Counted from the first letter of the stretch, positions 12,482 through 26,190 are shown. The stretch is DNA of 64,000 bases from Octopus vulgaris (GCA_951406725.2 OX597816.1:60698001-60762000), one strand, 5' to 3'. The notes: a model not told the origin generated them from the sequence alone. Program-made: numbers and translations.

Positions 12482-14038
12482 ACTAGTAGTATCGCCTGGC
12501 GTTGCTCGGGTTTGTAAGGGAAATAACTATATAAGCATTTTTAGAGAGTTACTTCCCTTATAGATGCCAATTCGGGCTTTCTTAGACATTTCTATTTTGG
12601 TGTCTTCAAGCCATGAAGTTGTTCTAAAAGAAAGCTGGTCTCCTTGACAACGCATTACGACGTTAATTTCTTTACACTCCCTTCCCCACAGCTTCACAAA
12701 GGAGGGAAGAAGGGGGAGAAGCAAACACAGGTGCAGGTGTTTGAGCGTGGACGCCAACTCCGCCGCCATCGACACACGAAAAATTATGCATTAAAATGGA
12801 ATCAAAAAATGATGTTAAATTATTTTTTAAATCGTAGACTCATCGTAGACGCGCGCTAATAGCCAGACGGGCTCGATATTAATCACGACTATAAGATACC
12901 CGAATTTGGTTAAACTGCACCGCAAAATGTGGGAGGAGTTAGGAATCTAAATCGTAGGAGACAGACACTCACACAACTACAGTTTTATATATATATAGAC
13001 TAGCAGTATCGCCCGGCGTTGCTCGGGTTTGTAAGGGAAATAACTATATAAGCATTTTTAGAGAGTTATAGCAAAAAAATGCATTAAAAATGGAATAAAA
13101 AATGATGATAATTTTTTTTTTTAAATCGTTGTCTCAGTGTCTTCAAGCCATCAAGTCGTTGTTCTAAAAGAACGCTGGTCTCCTTGACAACGCATTACGA
13201 CGTTGATTTCCTTACACTCCCTTCCCCACAGCATCACGAGGGAGGGAAGAAGGGGGAGAAGCAAACAGGTGCAGGCGTGAGCGTGGACGCCAACTCCGCC
13301 GCCATCGACACACGATGCATTTTATGCATTAAAATGGAATAAAAAATGATGTTAAATTATTTTTAAAATCGTAGACTCATCGTAGACGCGCGCTAATACT
13401 CAGACGGGCTCGATATGAATCACGACTATAAGATAACCGAATTTGGTTAAACTGCACCGCAAAATGTGGGAGTAGTTAGGAATCTAAATCGAAGGGGACA
13501 GACACTCACACAACTACAGTTTTATATATATAGACTAGCAGTATCGCCCGGCGTTGCTCGGGTTTGTAAGGGAATAACTATATAAGCATTTTTAGAGAGT
13601 TACTTCCCTTATAAATTCGGGCTTTCTTAGCCATTTTTGTTTTGGTGTCTTCAAGCCATGAAGTCGTTGTTCTAAAAGAACGCTGGTTTCCTTCACAACG
13701 CATTACGACGTTGATTTCTTTACACTCCCTTCCCCACAGCTTCACGAGGGAGGGAAGGGGGAGAAGCAAACAGGTGCAGCTGTGAGCGTGGACGCCAACA
13801 CCGCCGCCATCGACACACGATGCATTTTATGCATTAAAATGGAATAAAAAATGATGTTAAATTATTTTTAAAATCGTAGACTCATCGTTGACGCGTGCTA
13901 ATAGTCAGACGGGCTCGATATGAATCACGACTATAAGATACCCGAATTTGGTTAAACTGCACCGCAAAATGTGGGAGGAGTTAGGAATCTAAATCGAAGG
14001 GGACAGACACTCACACAACTAGAGTTTTATATATATAG
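12482..14038 (+). mobile_element. Head-to-tail array of three non-autonomous Helentron/HINE-type elements
   Basis: Units at 12482-12998, 12999-13533 and 13534-14038. Each starts ACTAG..CCCGGCGTTGCTCGGG (5' hairpin) and ends ACAGACACTCACACAACT..TTTTATATATATAG. There are no spacers and no TSD. Confidence 0.75.
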
Positions 14039-15438
14039 ATAGATATATATATAAAGGGAAGTAACTCTATGCGTCTTAGCGCCAGTAAGTTTGTAAATTT
14101 GAAAAAAAAATGGCGGGGATTCAAGTTGTTGAGTTATTGTAGCTGAATACTTTTGTAAGTTGAATATTTTTCGTTCTCGGCTAAATTAAGAACAAGTTAG
14201 TGGACAGCATATTATTATTTCTACTGCTAAGGACTAAGTTATCGTCTAAAGACCTAGTTTTTTTTCTTTTTTAAATTATAATTACTATCTTCCTTTATTC
14301 ATCTTAACGGCTCACCATTTCTTGTCTAGATACAAACTTTTCCTCATTTAATAATAATAATAATAATGAAATTATTGTATACAGTGCTCAGGTGCACCAC
14401 AACTTGTCAAAAGTGCGTATATTTAACGTCCATATTCCATGCTGGTATAAGGTTGGACGGTTTGATAGGAACCGATGTGGTCAAACTCTAGTGTTTGACC
14501 CGAGCAAAAAAATAGTGTATTAGTGTGTAAAACAACTTGCTGTAAACGAATATGAAAAAAAAATGTGCGCTCGCGAACGGGGTCGGGTGGAGGAGAGGAC
14601 TCGGAAAATTCACATCTCGGACCATGACCTTTAAACTCTAGTGTTTGACCCTAGCAAAAAAGAAAAAAAATTTAAATGATGTAATAGATGTACAACAACA
14701 TGTAGCAAACGAATATGAGAAAAAAAATGCGCGCTGGCGAACGGGGGGGGGGGGGGAGAGGACTCGGAAAATCCACACCGGGAATGTTCCGAGTCCTCTC
14801 ACCACTTCCCCGTTCATCGGCGAATTTTTTTTTTTCTTCATATTCGTTTACTACACATTATTTTACACCTAGTACACTATCTTTGGAAAGACTTCCTCCC
14901 CCTCCCCCATTTTTCGCAAATTATTATTATTTTGACAAAAACCCACGTTTTCGGATATGGAGATTCCGGAAAAATTGCCAAAAATCGGAATTTTGAAATT
15001 TCTGCATCCCCCTTCCCCCTTCTGTCGCCCAATGTCTTCATTTTTCACTTTTTCCATAACCCTAAAACCCTAACCTTAACTAGAAACATTTTTGGAAATT
15101 TTTTTCAGAATCATAATGTTCATATTTTTCCACATATTTTGAAAAAGAAAAATTTCTGAAAAAAGTTTAAAATGAAGAATTTAGGGGGTTTTTTGCAGAT
15201 TTGTATTCTTCGTAGCTGAAAACGGGGGTTTGTGAAGAAAAATTTTTTTTTTTTTTAATAAAAGGGGATACCATATTTTTTTTCAATTTTTGTGACTGCA
15301 GGTGGGTGCAAACTCAGATAATTCATACAATCCAGTAACCCCACTTCGACACCCGGTCACATAAATGAAAAAAAATAGTGTAATATGGCCTCTACAATCA
15401 GGAAGTCTTCCTTATGTAATAATTTTCAAGGACAAATC

Positions 15439-15666
15439 TTAACCCTTTTGTTACCGTATTTCTGTTGAGATGCTCTGTGTTTCTTTCAATCACTTTAAAT
15501 ATGACAAAGAATTTAGTAAAATAACTTGGTTATCATTAAGCTAGTGTTAGGAACATAAATTGTGACTAAGGTTTGGTGGAAGATTTTAATTCAAAACTTA
15601 TGAAAACAAGACATTTGTACTCAGAGCCAGAGCTGGTTTCAGCCGGGTTGGTATCAGAAGGGTTAA
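15439..15666. mobile_element. piggyBac-like MITE, copy 1
   Basis: TTAA-CCCTTTTGTTACC...GGTATCAGAAGGG-TTAA; 220 bp between the TTAA sites. Confidence 0.8.
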
Positions 15667-15689
15667 GAATTGTTTCTCTGTTATATATT

Positions 15690-15922
15690 TTAACCTTTTT
15701 GTTACCATATTTCTTCTGTTGAGATACTCTGTGTTTCTTTCAATTAATTTTAAATATGACAAAGAATTTAGTAAAATAACTTGGTTATCATTCAGCTAGT
15801 GTTAGCAACATAAATTGTGACTAAGGTTTGGTGGAAGATTTTAATTCAAAACTTATGAAAACAAGACATTTGTACTACAAAGCCAGAGCCGGTTTCAGCC
15901 AGGTTGGTAATGAAAGGGTTAA
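15690..15922. mobile_element. piggyBac-like MITE, copy 2
   Basis: TTAA-CCTTTTTGTTACC...GGTAATGAAAGGG-TTAA; homologous to copy 1 and in the same orientation. Confidence 0.8.
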
Positions 15923-18900
15923 GGCAATGCTTGAACTTCTATGACAAGTTATATAATTTTTCTGATAAGAAAATATGCCATAATTTCATTGATAATACCC
16001 TCAACCAGCACCCTACTAATTTTCAACTCCAAAATGATGTTTGACAAAAAACAGGTTCATAGCTACACCCACAGCATTTAAATGGGATGCGGATACCCAG
16101 ACAGGATCATGTTTCTTTTGATGCTCATAGACACCTCTCTAGTTGCAGTTCCACATGCCTCTGTCAGTGACAACAGACCACTGTCAGTCACAAGTGAGAG
16201 AACATGAGACAGCAGCCCCCTACGTAATCTTTTGGCCTGCTAGAAATAGCAACCAAATTTACCAGCTTGAAAAGATGGTAAATGTTGTCTTAAATACACT
16301 ATATTGGAGAGAAGTCCTGAATGGTTTTGGCATGGCTCAAAAGTTTTTAATTATACTGACCTTGAACTAAACAGCAAAATAGCATGACATAAACGAAGTA
16401 ACATCAAACAAACAGGGAAGCCTCTATGAAATCGCTCAACTTGCTAGAAATAGCTGCCAAATCTTGCTCAAATCACCCTACTGTCTTCAAAATAAGGAGG
16501 AGATGGTCATAACTTGGAATTCTGGTATTGTGACTCTATCCAGGATAGCAAAATAATTCAAAACTTATAATGATGGAATAGCCAGAAGGCTTGAACTCTT
16601 TAAATCAGAATCTCGTGAAGGCATTCTAGGATTTGGCAATAACTTAAAAAGCAACTACTGGTAATTCCGTCTAAAAGTGAGGGGAATTTGAAACTACAAC
16701 ATACCAAGACTCTCATCTATACTCTTCATGAGACTTGAAAACACATTACATGTTTAAAAATACAGTAATTCCTCACCATATTGTGGTTTATTATTTAAGC
16801 TTAACATCAATTCCTCTGTGGTGTTGTTTTGCATTTATAATAAAATAAGACACTCACGGAGTTAGGAAGGGCATCCAGCTGTAGAAACATTGCCAGATTA
16901 GACTGGAGCCTGGTGCAGCCTTCTGGTTTCCCAGATCCCCGGTCGAACCGTCCAACCCATGCTAGCATGGAGAACGGACGTTAAACGATGATGATGATGA
17001 TGATATGCAAATCATAAAAATAATTTTAAAATATACAGCACCGTACTGTTTCTACTTTGTGCATTTTCTCCTATCATTTGGGGTTTAGGAATGTAACACC
17101 TGCAATAGACAAGAGGTTACTAAGTGTGTGTGGGGGGTTTCTACTTTGGGGTGATGGAGTTCCATCTAATGTCAGGAGGAGATAACATGGATAATTTGAT
17201 GCTAAACTTTAGTCATTAAGTTATTTGACTTTGATTAAAGGTAAATCTGGTTTGAGACTTTGTTCCATTGCATTTAGATGTTATGTCATTAATAAATATT
17301 AATAACTGCAAAATTGTTCTAATCTAGCAGACCTATGGTCAAAGATGTTTGAGCATATGCACAACAGTCAGGAAGGACAGGTGAGGAAAGAGGGTCAGTA
17401 TGGAAGTATGTTTAAAGATTTTTTTACTTTAATCGAACCGGATAAGTATTTTTATATTTGTTGCATTAAGTAACTTCTATAAAATATTACCAGTTTCGAT
17501 ATGTATGTCCATCTTATCAATTATTAAAAATACACAGTCAAGGATTAGAAAATAAGGCAAAATTGGAAAATTAAAATAGTTGTCCTCCATTGCAGTAATC
17601 CTTTGAAGAATGAAAAGACAGTTTGAGATAAGATTAGAGCTGTGATGCAACAAATAATAGCCACTGCGACGTTTTTGCCTCTAATTGAAATTCCTTGTAA
17701 GTAAACAATTTCCTCTTCTGTTCCAACACCAAAACACTCCCTTTCAAAATCATGACAGTCTCCCAAAATCAAGAATCAATACACTGGACAATTCCCTCTG
17801 TTCTACACCAATATTCAATCTTGGTATTACTACTAACACAAAACTAATATCTGTTCCTCAGTAAATTTATTTAAAGTTTTTGGCCCAAAAGACTTAAGGA
17901 TGGCAAGGGATTCCCTTACACTTATTTATATTTACACTGAAGTAAGGGGCCCTCGAAATAAAGGACTATACCAGAGATTATCTCTTATTATTCCTCTTTA
18001 GACTGCGTATATAAGAGAAAAGTGTAGTGGAATTACAGTATTTTTAGTTCAAAAACGAGTTCATGTGGGCCCTATACCTAGCCTTAAAATTTACTGTATT
18101 GCCTATATAAAACTTATCCAAATCTTTAACAATGCATTTATATATTGCATTAATAATCAGACAGAACCGATCAAGGGTTTCTACAATTACATGATCTGCC
18201 AGAGCCATCCCTAACCTTATTACTACTACTACTAATATTACTTGTCTGGTTTCCTACATTCTTTCCTTCACATATCTCATTACTGGGGTTCAATATGACC
18301 GATGGGAGCAAATGGTTTGTATCACTAACCTTAGGCATATTAGAGCTTACCTGCCCAGTACCGGGGTTTCCAGCAGAAGAACGCCTCCAGTGCCCTTGCC
18401 CATTTAACTTGCTTCTATAATTCTAGTATAGGTAGTGGATTGTGATTTTCTTCACTACTTCAGGGAGTGATGACCCTGCCTGACACGAGTCCCAGGCTCA
18501 GCTCGCTCTGGCTGACAGTACCCCGTATGGACCCCTATCCATGGTTACGGAAAGGAGACAACCTTCAAAGAAATCTGGTGTGGAACCCCGTAGGTGGTTT
18601 AGTGTTCGACTCAACATTCTTCCGGCAGCTCCTGCAACCAAGCTGGTGCCAAATGTAATGCTCTGCGCTCCTTTGGACTACGTCAGCAAGGTCGAGAGAG
18701 GAATCCTGACGATTGGGCTACCCAGGATTTTCTTACATCTAGCCCAGGCCTGTGCAAAACTGGAGAGGACATGAAATGCAAAAACCAGACTGGATTAGTT
18801 TATGAACAACCCCATTGTCTCCCGAGACAAAAGGATACCAACGACAACAATTAATAGATGCAATAATGGAGGCCAAATTTGGCATTACTGAGTAAGAGAA

Positions 18901-19645
18901 TTTTTTAAGCAAAGAAACAGGCTAAAATTTACCAAATGTGAAATCAAAGACTACTTCTTAGTAACTTTCAGTTTGATATTGAGAAGTTCATATCCCAGCA
19001 CCAAGTACATCCTTCCTATTGAAAATATACAAACAACATAGTTACCAGTGAGATTTAAACTTATTCTTTCATATAAAAAAAAAAAAACAGCAAAATAATA
19101 GGTTTACTAAGGTCTAATTGTAGAATTTCAGTAGAAAGAAGTATTTGTTCATGTGATGGTAAGGATCAGGGGCACTAAGAACGTGATTGGGAGCCAAGAG
19201 AGCAGCATCCTGATTAAAGTTCGGGAAACACTGGTTTAGATGCTTTATTTATATGTTTAGCTTTGAATATTCTGATGGAAATTTCATCCAAGTGTGTATA
19301 AATATTGATAAACACAGCATGCGATTTATATGTGTGTGTCTAATACCGAGCTAAGAATGTCTGTGAAATGAGGATATAACTTATACATGAGTTTATATGA
19401 TATATGCTGCAATCCGTTTGATTAACTTTGGTAGAAGCAAAGTTATTTCCCTTGACATTCGTAAAGTTGTAAAGCTATTTAGTAACACTTGACATCTAAG
19501 TTGCTTGGCAAAGGATTCTCGTCTCTTGAATCAGACCCTCACCCTATCTACTCTAATGTATCCCAAGGCTCCATTATGTCTCCCACATTCCTCTGTGCAT
19601 TAATGATATTGTTATTTCTTAACCACACGCACTCCTATGTAAATG

Positions 19646-19750
19646 ATAGTCCAGTTCAGGTAATGATTCAGCTATAAGAGCAAGGTCATCAGCATAGAGG
19701 AGCTCCCAGGGACAGCTTGTCTTAAATTCCTCTGTAATTACCTGGAGAAC
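19646..19750 (-). pseudogene. RTE-like reverse transcriptase fragment
   Basis: Translation LQVITEEFKTSCPWELLYADDLALIAES contains the YADD motif. Confidence 0.7.
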
Positions 19751-19767
19751 TAAGATGATCTGACTAA

Positions 19768-19990
19768 GGCGTTGAGCTGGCAGCAACGGTAACACGCCGG
19801 GCGAAATGCTTAGCAGTATTTCATCTGCCATTACGTTCTGAGTTCAAATTCCGCCGACTTTGCCTTTCATCCTTTCAGGGTCAATAAATTAAGTACCAGT
19901 TACGCACTGGGTTTGATGTAATCAACTTAGTCCCTTTGTGTGTCCTTGTTTGTCCCCTCTATGTTTAGCCCCTTGTGGGCAATAAAGAAA
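19768..19990 (+). mobile_element. tRNA-derived SINE with 17-bp TSD
   Basis: B-box-like GAGTTCAAATTCC and A-rich tail. TAAGATGATCTGACTAA at 19751-19767 and 19991-20007. Family copies on the - strand at ~41658-41890 (near-TSD ACATAYTTACCT) and ~11450-11650. Confidence 0.85.
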
Positions 19991-21057
19991 TAAGATGATC
20001 TGACTAAAAAGGAACAATAGTCAGACTTTCTCTTCACTTTCAGTGCTATACCACTCTTCTCTTGCCCCATTTTTAAAAAAAATTTATACTTTTAGCATTT
20101 ATCATTTCTTTTTTACTTCTTAAGTGTCTCTCAGTTATTGACTTGTTATTCAATTTAGGGTCTAAAATGTACGTGCCTGTATAATATTTTAAAATGGAAT
20201 TTGATTAATTGAAATCTTTTGTAGATTTTCTTGACTTGATTATGTTCCATACCTTCATTTAATATTCAAATGATAACTTTGTGAATTTCCATCATTCTTT
20301 GATGTAACAAGTATATAATGTTTGCACAATGCTGCAACTATCAATTTCCATGTTCTTCATTATTCCAAGATAAGTACATTCAGTATACAATGTTCTCTCT
20401 AAAATTTATTCTTCTGTTACACACTTTGTCTAGCAGTAATCTGTAAATTCAGTAAAGCTCTGTTTATTCTTCATCAAAACCCCACTTGACATCCACATGG
20501 TTCCAGCTTTGGACCTTGTAGAGTAAAACTGTGTAAGAGCCCATTGTGTGCATGTGTGTGTGTTTGTGCATCTATATAGATATCTATGCACACACACATA
20601 TATGTCCATAATTGTATTTATATTGTGTCTCTTTATGCCTTGTAACTTAGCAGTTCAACAAAGAACTCAATAAAATAAGTGCTAGGGTTGATGCAATCAA
20701 CTAAAACCTTTGAAGGTGATCCTCCAGCATGGTCACAGTTCAATGACTGAATTAGTAAACGAATAACTCTGACCTCCATACATCTTGGTGCATCTATTCA
20801 TTCTTGCTACCATTCTTTTACTCTTCTACATGTTTCAGTCGTTTGACTGTGACCATGCTGGAGCACCGCCTTTAGTCAAGCAAATCGACCCCAGGACTTA
20901 TTCTTTGTAAGCCTAGTACTTATTCTATCGGCCTCTTTTTGCCGAACCACTAAGTTGCAGGGAAGTATACACACCCGCATCGGTTGTCAAGCGATGTTGG
21001 GGGGATAAAAAGACACACAAACATGTACACACACACATTCATACATATATATATATA

Positions 21058-21480
21058 TTATTATTATTACTATTATTAGTATTAGTATTGTCCCTTTGAT
21101 CCTCGGTCGAAAGTTTGCTTATTATTATTATTATTATTATTACTATTTTCAGCTTCGCCTCGTATTGCATATTATTTCTCCATACAGGGGTTTTTTTCAA
21201 TGGCGGCCCATTTTCGCGGGGTTCCACTATTCCCTTCTCTCTCTCCCTCTTTTACGTTGTCTGCCATCCCCCCTCTTCCTTTCCCCCCTTCCAAAGAGCA
21301 TTTTTAAGCCAGCCCGTCAGTTCAACCTTCGCATATTCCCGTGTCAGGCCGAAGAACGAAATGTTCCCAAGATAAGAGTCTTTCTAATCTAATGTTGTGG
21401 TTGAGCTGTTTATTATTTATTATTATTATTACTATTATTAGTATTAGTATTGTCCCTTTGATCCTCGGTCGAAAGTTTGC

Positions 21481-21514
<34 letters not shown>

Positions 21515-21708
21515 TTTCAGCTTCGCCTCGTATTGCATATTATTTCTCCATACAGGGGTTTTTTTCAATGGCGGCCCATTTTCGCGGGGTTCCACTATTC
21601 CCTTCTCTCTCTCCCTCTTTTACGTTGTCTGCCATCCCCCTCTTCCTTTCCCCCCTTCCAAAGAGCATTTTTAAGCCAGCCCGTCAGTTCAACCTTCGCA
21701 TATTCCCA
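21058..21708 (+). repeat. ~360-bp direct tandem duplication nested in a SINE microsatellite
   Basis: 21058-21340 is repeated at ~21420-21708. It lies between the tail (20810-21035) and head (22237-22403) of one minus-strand SINE. Confidence 0.85.
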
Positions 21709-22194
21709 GTGCACCCGCCCTTGCCCACCCCCACCACCAATACCGGATATCTCTATATTTTTGCTCCATCTATACCGGATGTCGCTTCTCCCACCACCAT
21801 TATAGGTGTCTACTCTTCGAACCCCCCTCTTCAACACGCTATTTCACCATGCATTACCCCTCTCTTGATATCCTACGTTCTACTTGCCTAGAACCTGTCA
21901 TCATTTCTCTGAACCACCCCTCCCCACTGGTGCTCCCCTATATATTTCTGCACCCCGCCCCACATAAAAAGCACCATCCGAACGTGGCCGATGCCAGACC
22001 CCTCTGGCACCTGTGCAGGTGGCACGTAAAAAACACCCACTACACTCGCGGAGTGGTTGGCGTTAGGAAGGGCATCCAGCTGTAGAAACACTGCCAGACT
22101 AGACTGGAGCCTGGGGCAGTCCCTAGCTCCCCAGACCCCGGTCGAAACCGTCCAACCCGTGCTAGCGCGGAAAACGGACGTTAAACGATGATGA

Positions 22195-22235
<41 letters not shown>

Positions 22236-23375
22236 CACGACAGGCTTCTTTCAGTTTCCGTCTACCAAATCCACTCACAAGGCTTAAGTCGGCCCAAGGC
22301 TATAGTAGAAAACACTTGCCCAAGATGCTACACAGTGGGACTGAACCCGGAACCATGTGGTTGGTAAGCAAGCTACTTACCACACAGCCACTCCTACGCC
22401 TATGCACTCATAATTATTAAAACATTTTTCATTATAAACATTGATATTTTTTTTCCACTTCTTCAAAATCCTTTTTTCAAATCTCTCAATGGTGAATTAA
22501 TCAAATTCAGTCTGAAAAAACTGCTTTAAAAGCTTCATATTTCCATATCATTGTTCTCTTCTGTATTTTTCAGTTTGAAAACTTTTCAGTAAAATTGAGT
22601 TTTTTTTTTTTGTTTTGTTTTTCTTTTCTTTAGCTCACTTACATCAAAGCAATTTTATTTCATGTACGTGACCTCATTATTTAACCCATTCTTAGTTTTT
22701 AGTTTCTCCATTTTCTATTTTTTTGTTTTTTCCTTCTGTCTTATTTAAAATTGCGTGATCAATATTTTGAGAGTTGCTCAATAAAATAAATTTCAAACAA
22801 TGAGTACTAGAGATCAAGCAAATTAACTCTCAGTTAAAATGTATGGCTTGATGCAAGTGTAAGAAATCAGTGGGATGAGTAAGTATTGTTAAACTAAATA
22901 TTTTATAGAATTTAGATTTGTTTGTATAGGTTTTATGTTAAAAGCTTACTTCAGTGAACCTTCCATTTCTTTTCTCCAGGATCAATAAACTGAATGTCAG
23001 TAATATACATGTATGTTGATTGGATTGACTATACTCCTTTCTCTGTAGAAATTGTCCTTAAGGTGAATCACTTTACAATCTGTTACTTTGTTACAGTTCC
23101 AAACAATTGCATATTGTCAGTGTGAGGTGATTGTTGCTTCAACATTTAGAAACTCTAGTGAGAAGAACATTACACTAAAGGATCTTTATTATTTAACCAT
23201 TATTTAAAGTGAAAAATAATCACTGAAGTTGTTTCCTTACCTTCTACCCTATTTCTCAATATTTTTGTATGGTGAAGATTGGAGCAAAGTGTGGAACCTC
23301 TCATTCATGAGTAAAGTTGCATCACATCAAAATCTGAAGCTACCCAATGATGAAGTTTATATTTTTATTTATTTA

Positions 23376-23678
23376 TGCGCCCTTTTCAAGCCTAGCCAGG
23401 CTCATGGGCCTGGTTTCCCGGTTTCTATGACGTATGTGTTCCCCTCCAGCTGGACGGGACGCCAGTCCATTGCAGCGTTACTCAAGAAACAGGAAGAAAG
23501 AGTGAGAGAAAGTTGTGGTGAAAGAGTACAACAGGGGTCACCACCACCCCCTGCTGGAGCCTCGTGGAGCTGTAGGTGTTTTTGCTCAATAAACACACAC
23601 AACGCCCGGTCTGGGAATCGAAACCACGATCCTCTGACCACGAGTCCGCTGCCCTAACCACTGGGCCATTGCGCTTCC
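23376..23678 (-). mobile_element. tRNA-derived SINE (second family)
   Basis: Head TGGCCCAGTGG (A box) ... GGTTTCGATTCC (B box). An inverted homologous copy lies at 27052-27355. Confidence 0.8.
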
Positions 23679-23783
23679 ACATGAAGTTTATATAACCCAT
23701 ATTAAAAACAGTTTAGGCCTTAAGACCAAAACATAAGTTACATAGCTAGAATTTGTAAAATTAAAGATTATTTTTTCCTGTAC

Positions 23784-24550
23784 AGATGCATCCTCATGTG
23801 AACGTGACTTGGGTGTTATTGTCGACAGTGATTTGCGTTGGACAAAACACATCGCTAAAATTGTCAAGAAGGCTGAGGGTGTCTTGGCATCACTCACCAA
23901 ATCCTTTGTGAGCCGCTCTCCGGCTATCTATCTGCGGCTTTATATAGCTATGGTAAGACCTCACCTGGAATTTGCATCACCGGTCTGGAACCCCTATCTT
24001 GCCCAGGATATCAATCATCTGGAAGCTGTTCAGCGATGTGCAACCAAAAGAATACCCTCCATCAGGCATTTGCCATATCCTGAACGCCTTACTTTCCTGG
24101 GCATGGACACATTGAAACTCCGACGTCTGGCAGCTGACTTGGCAGATACCCATAAAATTATCAACCATCGTACAAACAATAACTCTGAGCACCTTTTCAA
24201 ACTCCACCCATCTAACACCCTGTGGACATATTTACAAAGTCAGAAAACAGCACAGCTCCCATGACTTCAGGAAATATTTTTTCACGCTGAGAGTTGCTGA
24301 ATCATGGAACAAACTGCCGGCATCAGTTGTTAGTTGTCAGAGCACTGCATCCTTCAAGACTTCCAAGCTTTCTGAGATTCGCCAACACTACACCTGATTT
24401 TCTCCCCTCCATACACACACAAGCATGTATCTGACTCATACATTGTTCGCTTTCCAGACATTTTTACATTACTGCATGTACTTTATATGCACTTTCTGAC
24501 AAGATGTGGTGCACCTGAGCACTGTATACAATAATTTCATTATCATTATA
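23784..24550 (+). mobile_element. 5'-truncated CR1-group LINE
   Basis: Translation DLGVIVDSDLRWTKHI...VRPHLEFASPVWNP is homologous to the C-terminus of ORF 58513-60216; frameshifted; TTA-type tail. Confidence 0.9.
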
Positions 24551-25786
24551 TGTACTTTAGTTTTGCTCCTAGTACCAATGTTGTCCACATCTGCTGTAAA
24601 ATACAACAGAATTCCCAGCAAACTGAATCCATGAGCAGTCTTTAAGCCACTGAGAACACCTGAATTTCTTTAATTCCCTCATAATAAAACCTAAGGCCCT
24701 TATACATAATGTAGATCAATGATATTCATCTTGATTAGCAAAAAATATCACAAACAGACACTAGTTGCTCACTGAATGGATTTAGCTACTTGTAAATCTA
24801 TCAATAAAAATATGTCTAAATTGAAAATATTACCATGGCCTTCTCTTTTTGTTGCAATATTAATTCAGATAGGTGTAAGCATGATTATGTACTTAAGAAG
24901 TTTGCTTTGCAGTCGCATGGTACATGGTTCCTGATCTGTGTGGCATTTGGGGCAAGTAACTTGCATCAAAGCCTGGATTGGCCAGTATCTTGTTGAGTGG
25001 AATTTGGTAAATGAAACTATGGAAGCCAGGTGTGTGTGTGTGTGTGTGTCTGAATGTTCATATGAGCAAATGTATTTTTCATCAATTCAGATTAAGAAAA
25101 TCTAAAAACTTGTTTTGCAACTTGCTTTTTTGTACATATGCTTTATACGCATTTTCGACAAGTTGTGGTGCTCCTGAGCACTGTATACAATAATTTCATT
25201 ATTATTATTTATAAATATAGTCACATGTGATATTTGTTCTGCACTAAGGTGCTGCCAGATGTGCAGTGAACCAGTGGTTGACCCACCCACTGGAAATTTG
25301 AAACCAATGGCTAATACCAACACAGTTCAACTTCTTGAAAAATTTGTTTGGTGTAAACATGTTTGACTACTAATTGTCATGTACTACAAATATTTCGTTG
25401 TGGAAATCCACACAAAGCACTTTACATGATTCATTTAATAAGTGGTTGAAAATTACCTAAGTACCAGTTGAAAATTACCTATGTACCATCATGGTTGAGT
25501 TGTTTTTAACACCTCATGGTGTGAATGATTCAAATGGTTAGATTTTTAGGTCAAGCACAGGCTAGATTTTTAGTTCAATCTTACTGTGTGGCATTTTGGG
25601 AAAACATCTACCATAACCTAAAACCAATGCAAGTAAAACTGGGTTGACAGACAGGGTGAAAGCCTTTCAGATAAGCTTTGTCTATAGTTCAAAAGTCCAA
25701 CCTTCACACATGATGTGATATTGCTTCTGTCTAAAGATTATGTTAATCTTTTTACTGTGGAAAGCAGATATATACATTAGGTGTAG

Positions 25787-26190
25787 GAGTGGCTGTGTGG
25801 TAAGTAGCTTGGTTATGGACCACATGGTTCCGGGTTCAGTCCCACTGCGTGGCACCTTGGGCAAGTGTCTTCTACTATAGCCTCGGGCTGACCAAAGCCT
25901 TGTGAGTGGATTTGGTAGACAGAAAATGAAAGAAGCCCATCATATATATGTATATATATATGTATGTGTGTGTATATGTTTGTGTGTCTGTGTTTGTCCC
26001 CCTAACATCGCTTGACAACCGATGCTGGTGTGTTTATGTCCCTGTAACTTAGCAGTTCGGCAAAAGAGACCAATAGAATAAGTACTAGGCTTACAAAGAA
26101 TAAGTCCTGGGGTCGATTTGCTCAACTAAAGGTGTTGCTCCAGCATGGCCACAGTCAAATGACTGAAACAAGTAAAAGGATAAAGGAGTA
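25787..26190 (+). mobile_element. tRNA-headed CORE-like SINE with internal (TA)/(TG) microsatellite (most abundant family here)
   Basis: GGAGTGGCTGTGTGG...GGTTCAGTCCC...CCTTGGGCAAGTG...CAGTCAAATGACTGAAACAAGTAAA. Other full or partial copies at ~1430, 5340, 20810/22237, 27861, 32976, 46250, 48975, 53863/55430 and 63500. Confidence 0.85.

Noticed and set aside
15056-15082. Interstitial telomeric repeat (AACCCTAAAACCCTAACCTTAAC)
   Set aside because: Only about 3 degenerate units, inside a dispersed repeat also seen near 42870-43015.
17595-17696. Plus-strand exon bounded by TTGCAG and GTAAGT
   Set aside because: It has stops in all three frames and no supporting neighbouring exons.
18454-18466. 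U3 snoRNA 5'-end-like TACTTTCAGGGA
   Set aside because: Only a 12-nt match; boxes B, C and D do not follow.
21340-21372. Hammerhead-like CCGAAGA..GAAATGTT in the tandem duplication
   Set aside because: Only 2 nt lie between the core halves, so there is no stem II, and stem I is 2 bp.
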